Shown here: in pieces, positions 39,882-50,458 of the stretch | Position numbering within the stretch: position 1 is the first letter of the stretch | Layout of the letters: each line of letters begins with the position of its first letter | From: Candidatus Poribacteria bacterium | GTDB lineage: Bacteria > Poribacteria > WGA-4E > WGA-3G | Length of the DNA: 64,000 bases | Reading direction: 5' to 3' | NCBI GenBank assembly: GCA_965198235.1 | Contig: OZ240248.1 | Location: 2,272,001-2,336,000, forward strand | Notes under the pieces: generated by a model | The model's input: only the letters and a program-made list of their open reading frames with translations | The model's database searches: none | What the model was told of the DNA's origin: nothing | Program-made: the position numbers and the translations under genes

Positions 39882-40178
39882 ATGACGAAAGAACTTAATG
39901 AAAAATGTGCCGAAACTTACTATAATCGCGGGTTGGCTCACAGCAAAAAGGGCGAACTTGATAAGGCTATTGCAGATTATACGAAAGCGATAGAACTGAA
40001 ACCCGATTATGCCGATGCCTATTACAACCGCGGTGGGGCGTGGTTACGCCTGGGAGAACGAGAAAAAGCGAAATCAGATATGGCAACTGCTAGAGAGATG
40101 GGGAGCGATGCCATCATCGCCTTAGACAAGATACTACAAGACTACGATCGCGCATGGAAGACCCTCGGTAATGTATGA
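39882..40178 (+). CDS. Small TPR protein (2 repeats) in the antitoxin position upstream of Doc
   Basis: Two TPR units plus tail ALDKILQDYDRAWKTL; ATGA overlap with doc. Confidence 0.8.
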   Translation: MTKELNEKCAETYYNRGLAHSKKGELDKAIADYTKAIELKPDYADAYYNRGGAWLRLGEREKAKSDMATAREMGSDAIIALDKILQDYDRAWKTLGNV

Positions 40179-40546
40179 AATATTTGACAATTGAAGATAT
40201 TCTAATCATTGCTGAGACCCATGTGGATGACCATCAGATTTTGCATAAAGATCGATTGGACTATTTAGTCGAAGCAGTTAGCGCAAAATTTGGCGATACA
40301 GAACTGTATCCAACTCTATTCCAAAAAGCCTCTGTATATGCCCATCACATTATTACAGGACACATATTTTTCGATGGGAATAAACGTATCGGTCTAACGT
40401 GCGCGCTCCGTTTTTTAGAATTGAACGGTTATTCCCGTCTTTCCAACATTGATGATTCGATTATCGAACTCGGTTTTAAGATTGCGGACGGAACCATAAC
40501 TGATATTGAGGTCATCGCGGCGCGTATACAGTCATGGATTTTGTAA
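40175..40546 (+). CDS. doc: Fic/Doc family (death-on-curing) toxin
   Basis: LYPTLFQKA and HIFFDGNKR, the Doc variant of the Fic motif. Confidence 0.88.
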   Translation: MKYLTIEDILIIAETHVDDHQILHKDRLDYLVEAVSAKFGDTELYPTLFQKASVYAHHIITGHIFFDGNKRIGLTCALRFLELNGYSRLSNIDDSIIELGFKIADGTITDIEVIAARIQSWIL

Positions 40547-41019
40547 CAAACGTATGTTGATATACCGGTGAGTTTAAACCCAAATCCATCCTTCGTAACA
40601 GGTCTATAATCCTGCAAATCCTTGAATCCTGTAAATCTTGATTCAGACAATTAACACCTACATTTCCCGATTAAATTCTTAATCTTCATTTTCAGAGTAA
40701 CTTTTTAGAAACCTCCTATCACATCCGTCGAAAACCCAGTCATAATCTATGTTTACAACTTTTTTTACACCCACCCTCTTTCAGATTTTACTCTGAATAC
40801 TCTGAAACTCACAACATTTTCTTTTCCTTATGTCTGAGTCGTGTCTCCGTAATCGCGACCTTACTGATCACTAACTACTGATTGCTGATGTCTGACAACT
40901 GAGTGGCTCTGCCCAAAAAGTGACTTGACAAAACCTGTCTAAAATGATAAATTGACTTCAAACAAGGGAACCCGAAAACGACACCCTTAGTTCTTAAAGA
41001 TTAAAGAAAGGATGGCAAC

Positions 41020-42126
41020 ATGGCATCACAAAATGAACTGCAGTCAATGCTAAACGCACCGATTGCCTTAGCACCAAATACCTATCTACATTTTTATAAC
41101 GGTGGAAAGCTCCGCGCCGAGTTTATGGGCGAACCCGATCCAACAGATGACTATTATTCTGAAGAATGGATCTTTTCCACAAACCGAGCAATCACGCCCG
41201 GCAGGGACAATCCGCCTGATAAAGGACTCAGTCGCGTCCAACTCCCAAGCGGTGAGATCGTCCTGCTGAAAGCACTGCTGGACGCATTTCCAGAAGAGAC
41301 ACTCGGTAGCGCACACGTCGACAAATACGGAACAGAATTAGGCGTGCTTCTCAAAATTTTTGATGTCGGCGAAGGCGCGCATATCCCTATCCATTGGCAT
41401 CCAAATCCCGATTTCTCGCAAAAACACCTCAATTCTCCCTTCGGCAAGAACGAGGCATGGATCCTCATCGGTACACGTCCGGGCGCGAAGGCATGGATAG
41501 GCTGGAAGGAAGCGATAGACAAAGCGGAGTTCCGCCGCCTGATGGAAGCACAAGATGTGCCAACGCTACGAAGTCTTATGCACGTTGTTGAACCGAAGGT
41601 CGGGGAAGTCTATTTTTTACGCACTCCGATTGTCCATTCATTGGGTACCGGACTCTGCGTTCTCGAACCACAGGAACCTACCGACTGGAATATCCTCGCT
41701 GAATGGGAAGGCTTTCCGTTTGAAAGAGACGATGGGCACCTCGGACTCGGATGGGATCTCGCTGTAGATGCCGCTGAGTTTGATAAATTGGAGCTGGACT
41801 ATCTTAACAACTACATCCGACGCACGCCAGAACTCGTCCGGGCAGAAGGGGATAACCGAGAAGATCGGATCGTGCCAGAGGAAGCATCGAAATTCTTTGG
41901 ATGCTCGCGTCTAACAGTGAATTCGACACTGAGTATGCCAGCAGACAAAGGGTTTTATGCGCTCGTGACTCTGGGTGGCGAAGGCGTGCTGCGTGGTGAC
42001 TTTGAAGATGTCCCGCTCAAACGCGGCAAATCCGTTTTTATCCCACGATACTTATCCAGTTACGTCATTATTAGCACTGGCGATACACCAATGGAGATCA
42101 TCTGTTGCTATCCGCCAAACCTTTAG
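41020..42126 (+). CDS. Type I phosphomannose isomerase-like cupin protein
   Basis: LLK.FD...IHWHP, GKNEAW, VHSLG, EPQEPTD. Confidence 0.8.
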   Translation: MASQNELQSMLNAPIALAPNTYLHFYNGGKLRAEFMGEPDPTDDYYSEEWIFSTNRAITPGRDNPPDKGLSRVQLPSGEIVLLKALLDAFPEETLGSAHVDKYGTELGVLLKIFDVGEGAHIPIHWHPNPDFSQKHLNSPFGKNEAWILIGTRPGAKAWIGWKEAIDKAEFRRLMEAQDVPTLRSLMHVVEPKVGEVYFLRTPIVHSLGTGLCVLEPQEPTDWNILAEWEGFPFERDDGHLGLGWDLAVDAAEFDKLELDYLNNYIRRTPELVRAEGDNREDRIVPEEASKFFGCSRLTVNSTLSMPADKGFYALVTLGGEGVLRGDFEDVPLKRGKSVFIPRYLSSYVIISTGDTPMEIICCYPPNL

Positions 42127-42231
42127 AAGTAGTAGGCATACTCTGCATGCTGTAACAAGGGTAGTAACTACGCTCCGTGTACCGTCCCGTAACAAAAACA
42201 AGCACACTATGTGACACAACGGTAGCATGCA

Positions 42232-43449
42232 ATGTTAGATTTTAAACCCCCGAAACCGAATACGGCTCTGATTCAGGTTGCGAAAGGACTTGTACCGCTT
42301 ATCAACCGCTTGTGTTTGAAGGGTCTAACGCTGGATGTTGATGCGGAATCGATTGACCGTCTAAAAACAACGGATGGACATCCTACGGTATTAGCCCCAA
42401 ATCATGCGGCACGTGCGGATCCTGCGGTCATGTTCTTTTTGTCCAAACAGCTCTCTCAGCAGTACTACTACATGACTGCACGCGAGACCTATGGCACAGG
42501 AAAATTCGGTGGCTTACGCGGTTTTCTGATGCAACGATTCGGGGCGTATTCCATCGTGCGTGGCACCGCCGACCGGAATGCATTCCGTACAACGCGGGAG
42601 CTCCTGTCTGAAGGCAACTCGTCCCTTGTTATCTTCGCCGAAGGGGAAATCTCACGGCAGAATGATACCGTCATGCGCTTTGAAAGGGGCATTGTTCAAC
42701 TCTGCTTCTGGGCTCTCGACGATATGGTAAAGGCGAAGGTCGACAAACCGCTTTATATGGTTCCGATCGGGATCAAATACCATTATCCACGGGACATGTG
42801 GGACGACATTGATGCCGCCCTCACGGAATTAGAGCAGAACATTCTCCCACCTGCGGATCGAGAGCCGATTGAACGCTACGAACGATTGCGGCGTATCGGT
42901 GTCGCCATCTTCAAAACGCTTGCGGCTGAATATCAATATAAAGTGGATGAGACCGTGCCGCTCGATATGCACATCCAAAAGCTGAAAGAGCAGATCTTGT
43001 CCCATGCTGAAAAAATCATGGGCATTCACTCTGACGCCGATGTGCTCACGAGGGTGCGTGCGTTGAAAAATTTAGTCGATGCCGAGGTCTATAAAGACAT
43101 TGAGCAGATGACGGAGTACGAACGAAAAATACATGAAGAACTGCTCCAGAAATTCCAACGATTCTATCCCGACCTGGAGCGGTTAATCAATTTTATAGCG
43201 ATTTCAGATGGATATGTCGCAGAAGAACGCTCACCAGAGCGGTTTCTTGAAGTGATTGTTCGTCTGGAGAGAGAAGTCTTTGGTACGTCAAAAATGCGGG
43301 GACCGCGGGTCGCATCCGTCCGTGTTGGTGAACCCAAAAATCTCCGAGAATACTACGATACCTACAAGGCAGAAAAAAGAGAAACGGTGGAGCAGATAAC
43401 CCTTGAACTCGAAACAGCGGTTCAGACCTTAGTCACGGGTGTATCATAG
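42232..43449 (+). CDS. Acyltransferase (PlsC family)
   Basis: PNHAARADP (HxxxxD), GAYSI.RG, IFAEGE. Confidence 0.85.
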   Translation: MLDFKPPKPNTALIQVAKGLVPLINRLCLKGLTLDVDAESIDRLKTTDGHPTVLAPNHAARADPAVMFFLSKQLSQQYYYMTARETYGTGKFGGLRGFLMQRFGAYSIVRGTADRNAFRTTRELLSEGNSSLVIFAEGEISRQNDTVMRFERGIVQLCFWALDDMVKAKVDKPLYMVPIGIKYHYPRDMWDDIDAALTELEQNILPPADREPIERYERLRRIGVAIFKTLAAEYQYKVDETVPLDMHIQKLKEQILSHAEKIMGIHSDADVLTRVRALKNLVDAEVYKDIEQMTEYERKIHEELLQKFQRFYPDLERLINFIAISDGYVAEERSPERFLEVIVRLEREVFGTSKMRGPRVASVRVGEPKNLREYYDTYKAEKRETVEQITLELETAVQTLVTGVS

Positions 43450-43663
43450 TTACGCTTTACCTGAGCAACGCGGTAAGTGACCGTAGAGGCACGTTCTCTA
43501 TTGAGCGAAGTCAAGAACACAAAAGAGTGTTGGTAATACGCGTCTTAAAATTAGCCTAAGATGATAGTCTGCAACAACGGCGCAGACGGTAGGTACCAGA
43601 AGAACGGCACCTGCAAAATCATATTATTTAACGCTTTGCGAATTATTAAAAAAGGAGAAAAAC

Positions 43664-44578
43664 ATGGCAAAAAAATTGTCGATTGGAAGTTGGGCTTACG
43701 CGTTTGGCCCCTATGAAGACAATCCTGTTCCATTTGACGATGTCGTCAAGCGTCTCAGCGAGCTTGAATTTGATGGTGTTGAAATCGGGGCGTTTAAACC
43801 GCATATTGACATTAACGATTATCCGATGAAAAGCGACCGAGATGCCGTCAAGGGGTTAATCTCCTATTACGGTTTGGAAGTCTCTGGATTAGCCGCTGAC
43901 TTCTGGTCCCACCCCGGTCCTGCTACGGATGAGGTGCAAGAGGACGATAAATATTATAAACTGTTCAAAGAGAGTCTCCAACTCGCCCTTGATCTCGGAT
44001 CGCCTGCGATACGTGTGGATACCGTTACCGATGCCGAAGAAGATATTCCGGGTGTGAGTCGGGAGCAAGCGTGGGATCGAATTGTCGCTGTCTGGAAACG
44101 CTGTGCGCAAGTCGCCGAGGACCACGGTGTGCTGATGCTCTGGGAATTTGAACCCGGATACATGTTTAACAAGCCGAGTGATATTATTAATATGCCAAAA
44201 GCCGTAGATCACCCGAATTTCAAGGTGATGTTTGATACATGCCACGCCCACATGTGTGCTGTCGTCGGTTCTCGGCAGGTTGGTGAGCAGGAAACACTCG
44301 GTGCGAATGGTGTAATTGACCTCGCACGGCAACTCAAGGGGCAAATCGGACACTTCCACCTCATTGATTCCGACAATACACTCCACGACGATCATACCAG
44401 TACACACGCACCTTTCGGAGATGGTGTTCTGGACTTCGACGCGATTATTCCAGTCATCATGGACGAGACTGGATACGACGGTGATTGGTTCTCTATCGAT
44501 CTCTGTTTCTGGCCCAACGCGTGGGATGTCACGGAAGACGCAAAGAAATTCCTGACCCCATATTTGGAAAGGTATTAA
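43664..44578 (+). CDS. Sugar phosphate isomerase/epimerase
   Basis: WEFEPG, FDTCH, HLIDSD, H.PFGDG motifs. Confidence 0.85.
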   Translation: MAKKLSIGSWAYAFGPYEDNPVPFDDVVKRLSELEFDGVEIGAFKPHIDINDYPMKSDRDAVKGLISYYGLEVSGLAADFWSHPGPATDEVQEDDKYYKLFKESLQLALDLGSPAIRVDTVTDAEEDIPGVSREQAWDRIVAVWKRCAQVAEDHGVLMLWEFEPGYMFNKPSDIINMPKAVDHPNFKVMFDTCHAHMCAVVGSRQVGEQETLGANGVIDLARQLKGQIGHFHLIDSDNTLHDDHTSTHAPFGDGVLDFDAIIPVIMDETGYDGDWFSIDLCFWPNAWDVTEDAKKFLTPYLERY

Positions 44579-44802
44579 GGCTTTTCATTTATGGGCACCT
44601 GGCGTGCGTTCCATTACATTACGCGCAGGTTCTTGGTGAAGTTGTAACGTCTTGTCGTATAATCTGCGTAGGGGCGAGGTCCCCTCGCCCTATATGCAGG
44701 TTTAACGAAACCATAGACCGTAAGCGTAGCGGAGGGCGGATCTACGGAAAGGATCGTTAGTCGTGCAACTCACCTGACCGAACCGTAAGGTATAATTAAA
44801 AA

Positions 44803-45648
44803 ATGCTCAATCTGCGTTCATTAGATCCCCTAATTGACTTGGCGTTTGAAGAAGATATCGGTATCGGTGATATAACAACAGAAGCAACAGTGCCACCCGT
44901 ACAGGAGGGTATAGGAACCCTGCTTGCTAAGAGTGACGGTATTGTCGCAGGACTGCCGGTCGCCGAACGAGTCTTCGCGAAATTAGATGAAACATTATCG
45001 TTTCGCGCGCTTCTCACTGATGGGGACGCAGTGAAGGCGGGTACGCCGATTGCCGAAGTACAAGGGAGTGCCAAAACCATTCTGATCGGTGAACGGACTG
45101 CTCTGAATTTCCTGCAACGGCTTTCCGGTATAGCGACACTCACAGCGCAATTTGTTGCGGCAGTTGCCGACTATGATACCAAAATAGTAGATACTCGGAA
45201 AACCGCGGCGGGATGGCGGGCGGTTCAGAAATATGCCGTGCATGTCGGTGGCGCGCAAAATCATCGCTTTGGGCTTTACGACGGTGTATTGATTAAGGAT
45301 AACCACATTGTCGCCGCTGGGGGTATTGGTAACGCTGTGCGGCGTGCACGACAGGTTGTTCCACATACTGCCAAGATTGAGGTTGAAGTTGAAACCCTCG
45401 ATCAAGTTGACGAAGCACTGAAAGCAGGGGCGGACATCTTACTCCTTGATAACATGTCTCCCAACATTATGAAAAGTATTGTGCATGAAGTGGGAGATCT
45501 CGCAGTGACAGAAGCGTCCGGTGGGATTACACTTGACAAGGTGAAAACCGTGGCAGCAACCGGTGTAGATCTCATCTCTGTCGGGGCATTGACACACTCA
45601 GCGATGCCGATGGATATTAGTCTGACGCTGACGCTTCTCGCTGAATAG
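44803..45648 (+). CDS. nadC: Nicotinate-nucleotide diphosphorylase (quinolinate phosphoribosyltransferase)
   Basis: ERTALN, DTRKT, NHRFGL.D..LIKDNH, LLDNM, EASGG, SVGALTHS. Confidence 0.97.
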   Translation: MLNLRSLDPLIDLAFEEDIGIGDITTEATVPPVQEGIGTLLAKSDGIVAGLPVAERVFAKLDETLSFRALLTDGDAVKAGTPIAEVQGSAKTILIGERTALNFLQRLSGIATLTAQFVAAVADYDTKIVDTRKTAAGWRAVQKYAVHVGGAQNHRFGLYDGVLIKDNHIVAAGGIGNAVRRARQVVPHTAKIEVEVETLDQVDEALKAGADILLLDNMSPNIMKSIVHEVGDLAVTEASGGITLDKVKTVAATGVDLISVGALTHSAMPMDISLTLTLLAE

Positions 45649-45762
45649 GGAATTTTCTAACCATGGGACTCTGGGCACCATTCCACATTTTGTAAAGGCA
45701 CGAGTTGATGATCAAAACGGAAAGATCGGCGCGAAAACTCAATCAGAAAAAGAAGGAGAATT

Positions 45763-46683
45763 ATGGAAACCACCACTTATGAGAAAATTGAACCTACAAC
45801 AACGAAACTGGGTTGGATTGGTACCGGCGTAATGGGACGGTGGATGTGTCAACATCTGATGGACCTGGGATATGGGATGGCGGTCTATAATCGAACGAAA
45901 TCAAAGGCTGACCCGTTACTGGAAGCAGGTGCGGCATGGACAGATTCGCCGAGCGAAGTTGCAACCACCTCCGATATTATCTTCACGATAGTTGGGTTTC
46001 CACCCGATGTCCGCGAAGTCTACCTCGGGGACAGCGGTATCTTAAAGGGAGCGAAACCTGGAAGCATCATCGTTGACATGACGACGACAGAACCCTCTCT
46101 CTCGCAAGAAATCTATGCTGCGGCGCAGACACAAGATGTCTCATCAATCGACGCACCTGTTTCAGGTGGTGATGTTGGTGCGCGAGAGGCACGCCTTTCC
46201 ATCATGGTAGGAGGCGACGAGGCTGCTGTCCAAGCCGTTATGCCCCTCTTCTCGGCGATGGGGAAAAACATCGTCCATCAAGGTGGCGCGGGTGCTGGGC
46301 AACACACCAAAATGTGCAATCAGATCACGATTTCGGGTACAATGATCGGGGTCTGCGAAGGGTTAATCTACGGCTACAGAGCTGGATTGGATTTGGAGAC
46401 GATGCTGTCATCGATTAGTGGTGGTGCAGCTGCGTGCTGGTCTCTGGACAATTTAGCACCACGGCTCCTCCAGCGTAACTTCGATCCCGGCTTCTTTGTG
46501 GAGCATTTTATCAAAGATATGAGCATCGCTTTAGACGAGGCACGCAAGATGCACCTAAGTCTGCCCGGACTCGCGTTGGTGCATCAGCTTTACACGGCAG
46601 TGCAAGCACAGGGCCATGGTAGATTAGGCACCCAAGCCTTGATGCTGGCATTGGAGCAGATGTCTGGTGTGGAAGTCAATTAA
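45763..46683 (+). CDS. NAD(P)-dependent beta-hydroxyacid dehydrogenase (3-hydroxyisobutyrate DH family)
   Basis: [24 protein letters not shown]. Confidence 0.9.
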   Translation: METTTYEKIEPTTTKLGWIGTGVMGRWMCQHLMDLGYGMAVYNRTKSKADPLLEAGAAWTDSPSEVATTSDIIFTIVGFPPDVREVYLGDSGILKGAKPGSIIVDMTTTEPSLSQEIYAAAQTQDVSSIDAPVSGGDVGAREARLSIMVGGDEAAVQAVMPLFSAMGKNIVHQGGAGAGQHTKMCNQITISGTMIGVCEGLIYGYRAGLDLETMLSSISGGAAACWSLDNLAPRLLQRNFDPGFFVEHFIKDMSIALDEARKMHLSLPGLALVHQLYTAVQAQGHGRLGTQALMLALEQMSGVEVN

Positions 46684-46708
46684 AGGTTAGTTCGTTGTGA
46701 TAATGCCC

Positions 46709-46739
46709 TCGCTGGTGTGGTCTGAAACCGCACCAGCGA
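46709..46739. terminator. Hairpin between convergent genes
   Basis: TCGCTGGTGTGGT...ACCGCACCAGCGA. Confidence 0.55.
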
Positions 46740-46772
46740 ATCGCAGGTATAGTGGAGCAACTGACAATCCTC

Positions 46773-47885
46773 TTATGCTGAAGCAGGGTCCAAGCGCATG
46801 GGCATTATCAGGGAGATATAGTCATCGTCGCCTACCGGTTTAATAAGAACAGCGTTCAACTCTCCTGAAAATTCCAGTGATAGCGACTCCGTTTTAATGT
46901 GAGACAATGCCTCTATCAATAACCGAGCGTCGAAACCAATCCGCACACTTCCAGTGCTGGACTCTACAGGTAGCGTCTCGTGTGCTTCTCCCAATTCCGG
47001 GGTCTTTGCAGAGACTTGGACTTGTTCTAAATCGATCTCTAAACAGATCGAATAGTTTTTCGGATTCGACAGCAGGGCGACCCGTCGCGTCGCACTTAAG
47101 ATTCCTTCTTTTGAAACAACTGTTCTGCCTTCGGTCGATTCGGGAATGATTTTCTCGTATTTCGGATAATCACCCTCCACAAGTCGCGTCGTTAAGGTAG
47201 CGTTGCCATCGGTAAAGAGGATTTGGTTTTCAAAAACTGAAACGCTTACCTCACCAGCATCGGCGAAGGTTCTCGCAATCTCGCGAACGGCTTTCAACGG
47301 AACGATGAATCCATTGACTTCTCCCAGCGAGGTGAGCGGCTCGCAGCGTGCCAAAGCAAGACGTTTTCCATCCGTAGCAACTACCTCAGTCCCGTGCTCA
47401 AGAAAATTGAAATAGAGCCCATTTAGAAAGTAACGAACTTCTTCTGTAGATGCGGCAAACTCTGTTTTTTGAAGGACATCGCGCAATGTCTCTCCGCCAA
47501 TTTTCAATGCTTCCCCTTGAACTGAGGGGAGTTGTGGGAATTCTTCATCGGGCAGTCCGATGATTTTGTAGACACCATCCCCACAGGTAATCTCAACGCG
47601 GTCGTTTGCTGTCGTTGCTAAGTGTATCGGTTTATCCGCAGGTAACTCCTTGACAATATCCCCTAATTTCTTAGCGGAAACAGTGATTGCCCCCTCCTCT
47701 GTGATTGTACCTTCAACCGTCATTCTAATGCCGACTTCCAGATCCGTTGCCATGCACTCAATGGTGCCCCCGGTGGCATTGATGAGAACATTTGAGAGAA
47801 TTGGTAAGGTAGTGCGTCCACTTGCGACCCCTTGCAGTACTTGTAAGGAGTCCAAGAGATCGTTCCTTTCAAAAGTTAATTCCAT
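46773..47885 (-). CDS. dnaN: DNA polymerase III beta clamp
   Basis: LPILSNVL, ATDLE, VATDG.RLA, G.YP.Y, LIMPMR. Confidence 0.97.
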   Translation of the reverse strand: MELTFERNDLLDSLQVLQGVASGRTTLPILSNVLINATGGTIECMATDLEVGIRMTVEGTITEEGAITVSAKKLGDIVKELPADKPIHLATTANDRVEITCGDGVYKIIGLPDEEFPQLPSVQGEALKIGGETLRDVLQKTEFAASTEEVRYFLNGLYFNFLEHGTEVVATDGKRLALARCEPLTSLGEVNGFIVPLKAVREIARTFADAGEVSVSVFENQILFTDGNATLTTRLVEGDYPKYEKIIPESTEGRTVVSKEGILSATRRVALLSNPKNYSICLEIDLEQVQVSAKTPELGEAHETLPVESSTGSVRIGFDARLLIEALSHIKTESLSLEFSGELNAVLIKPVGDDDYISLIMPMRLDPASA

Positions 47886-48376
47886 TCTAAGATCCCCTTC
47901 CTAAGTTGTGGCATGAAAAACACATGTAAAAATCAATAGTTTTCTTTAGTTATACTGTAGATGTCGTCCCCGTTTAAAATTTGGGGATAATCCGAGCCCT
48001 AATTTTTTGTTTATATTAAATAGAATTGTGATGGCATCAATAGTGAAACAGGGACATATCATTGTGAGAAAGCGAACCTGTCTCACGAATATTACAAAGG
48101 GCATTCTCGGAATTTGGTTTGGAAGAAAAACCTTGACAAACTCCTATATTCAGTATAACATATTTAGCGAATATTACAAAGGAAAATTTTGATTAAACAC
48201 GGGCTCGCACTTTGCGTTTTTCGATAGAGCCGATGCACTCTACAATGCCCTGTCTACTCTACAACTCAAGTTCTCCTAACCAAGATATATATTAGAGCGA
48301 TTTAGTTTCCGGGTGTCACGGTCGAGAGATCGAGGCGAGAAGAAAATGAAATCGCTACCGTTCTTCTCCTGAGAAT

Positions 48377-50308
48377 ATGCATACTACAGACCCGCATGCC
48401 TCGCAGACAATCGCGAAACGGGCAGTGCTGATTGGTACTGTCTTGATTATCGCTAATAGTTACTGGATAGCCTATGTCGAAATGATTTGGCATACCGCGC
48501 ATCTGACAACAGTCGCGATGTCGGTCAATGTCATGTTCGGTATTATAGCGATGACATTTCTGAACATAATCGTGCGGCGTATCTTTCCACGTGTCGCCCT
48601 ACAGCCGCGGGATCTACTTGTAGTTTTTAGTATGCTCGCTGTGGGCAGTGCTTTTTCAGGACATGATTGTATCCCACGTTTAATGGGACTCATCCCGTAC
48701 GCATTTCGCTTCGCTACACCCGAAAATGATTGGGAGGCACTGCTCTTTCATTACCTTCCCGAATGGCTTGTGGTGAAAGACCCGAAAGCAGTCAACGATT
48801 TCTATGAGGGCGAGGTCAACTTTTTTACAGAAGGTTATGTTCAGCATTGGATCGTGCCGATTCTCTCTTGGTCGGTGGTTATTTTCCTGTTAATGCTAAT
48901 CTTTTTATGTTTGACCTCCATCATTCGCAAGCAGTGGATAGAAAATGAGAAACTCGCGTATCCGATTATTCAGATTCCGCTTGAGATTACCACCAACCGG
49001 CGTATCTTCACAAATCGCTTGCTCTGGCTCGGTTTCGGAATAGCCATGGGCATCAATCTACTTAATGGGTTGCAGTTCTTCTATCCTGTTCTCCCACAGT
49101 TTCCTGTTCGGAAATACGACCTTAACATCTACTTCACGCAGAAACCGTGGATTGCAATGGGCAGCACGCCTCTCAGGTTTCATCCATACATAATTGGCTT
49201 CTCGTTTATTTTACCTTTGGATTTAGCGTTTTCATGTACCTTCTTCTACTTGCTGAAGAAAGTACAGTTGCTATTTGGAAGTGCCGTGGGCATTTCAGCA
49301 TTGCCGGGCTATCCGTTTTTGGGCGAACAAGGTGCCGGAGCATTGCTCGCTCTGCTTGCGATTGCCTGTTGGCATGGGCGAAAACATTTTGCGTTTGTGT
49401 TGTCACAGGTAATCCGACCCGATCGCACTACCTCACGAACAGAGGCAATCTCGCATCGCAGTGCCGTCGTTATATTAGGTATATGTCTGCTTTTATTAGC
49501 AGTTTTCTGTGTTCGTAGTGGAATGACGCTATGGGCGTTTGCGATTTTTATCGGTGTCTATCTAATGATTGTGCTCGGTTTAACCCGAATGCGTGCGGAA
49601 TTAGGTCCGCCGATCCATGCTATTGGTTATCTAACACCACAATATATGATAATTTCACTGCTTGGTACGCGACGTTTGCGGGCGGGCAACTTAACAATGC
49701 TCTCGTTGATGAATTGGTTGAGCGGGGCAAGTTATGCTTCTTTCCGTACGCATCCAATGCCAGATCAACTTGAGGCGTTTAAACTTGCTGAGCGGACCGG
49801 CATCCGAAATCGAACGATGTTTACAGTGTTAGTCATCGCGAGTCTTGTCGGTATCTTATCAAGTCTGATTCTCTATCCGTATGCGATTTACAGTGAGGGA
49901 GTAGCTGCAGGTTCGGAGCAGATTCATGCGGGTGGCGCGGATACATATAATTTTCTTTCTTCGTGGTTAGTGAGTCCGAAGCCGACGGATTGGCTCGCGA
50001 CCTCGGTGCTCGGATTAGCCTTCGTTGCGAATTTGGGTATCATCTTTTTGCGTTCACGTTTTGTATGGTGTCCGTTGCATCCAGCGGGGTATGTTATCGG
50101 TGTTGCTCCCGGGACAACGGATGTCATCTGGTTTCCGCTGTTTCTGGCGATGGTAGCAAAGTGGGTTATCTTGCGGCACGGTGGTATCAACGCATATCGA
50201 AAAGCGATACCGTTCTTCATCGGGTTGGTGTTGGGTGAAGCGTTGATGGGATGTTTTTGGCCCCTGTTAAGCCTTGTGTTGAGGTCAGCAGTGTATAGTT
50301 GGATATAA
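48377..50308 (+). CDS. Polytopic membrane protein (DUF6785/DUF6784-like)
   Basis: QW.E.EKL.YP, R.RAE.G, PLHP.GY, PFF.GL..GE; many TM helices. Confidence 0.72.
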   Translation: MHTTDPHASQTIAKRAVLIGTVLIIANSYWIAYVEMIWHTAHLTTVAMSVNVMFGIIAMTFLNIIVRRIFPRVALQPRDLLVVFSMLAVGSAFSGHDCIPRLMGLIPYAFRFATPENDWEALLFHYLPEWLVVKDPKAVNDFYEGEVNFFTEGYVQHWIVPILSWSVVIFLLMLIFLCLTSIIRKQWIENEKLAYPIIQIPLEITTNRRIFTNRLLWLGFGIAMGINLLNGLQFFYPVLPQFPVRKYDLNIYFTQKPWIAMGSTPLRFHPYIIGFSFILPLDLAFSCTFFYLLKKVQLLFGSAVGISALPGYPFLGEQGAGALLALLAIACWHGRKHFAFVLSQVIRPDRTTSRTEAISHRSAVVILGICLLLLAVFCVRSGMTLWAFAIFIGVYLMIVLGLTRMRAELGPPIHAIGYLTPQYMIISLLGTRRLRAGNLTMLSLMNWLSGASYASFRTHPMPDQLEAFKLAERTGIRNRTMFTVLVIASLVGILSSLILYPYAIYSEGVAAGSEQIHAGGADTYNFLSSWLVSPKPTDWLATSVLGLAFVANLGIIFLRSRFVWCPLHPAGYVIGVAPGTTDVIWFPLFLAMVAKWVILRHGGINAYRKAIPFFIGLVLGEALMGCFWPLLSLVLRSAVYSWI

Positions 50309-50352
50309 TTTTGCCTTGCCTGAATTAGTCCGATTTTTAATATCAATTTTCC

Positions 50353-50381
50353 TTGACATTCGGCAAATTCTATGTTATTAT
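50353..50381 (+). promoter_or_regulatory. sigma70 promoter for the Gld-like operon
   Basis: TTGACA-17 bp-TATTAT with extended -10 TG. Confidence 0.65.
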
Positions 50382-50458
50382 TTTAATATACAATCCTATT
50401 CTTTGAGGCACATCGGGAGACACCTCCTCTCGTTGACTGCCCGCTATTTTTCAACAAT

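Noticed and set aside
40605-40905. AATCCT-type and CTGA-type short degenerate repeats
   Set aside because: Short low-complexity intergenic repeats with no supportable function
47886-48376. Firm oriC call
   Set aside because: Only one near-consensus DnaA box; kept as a low-interest finding
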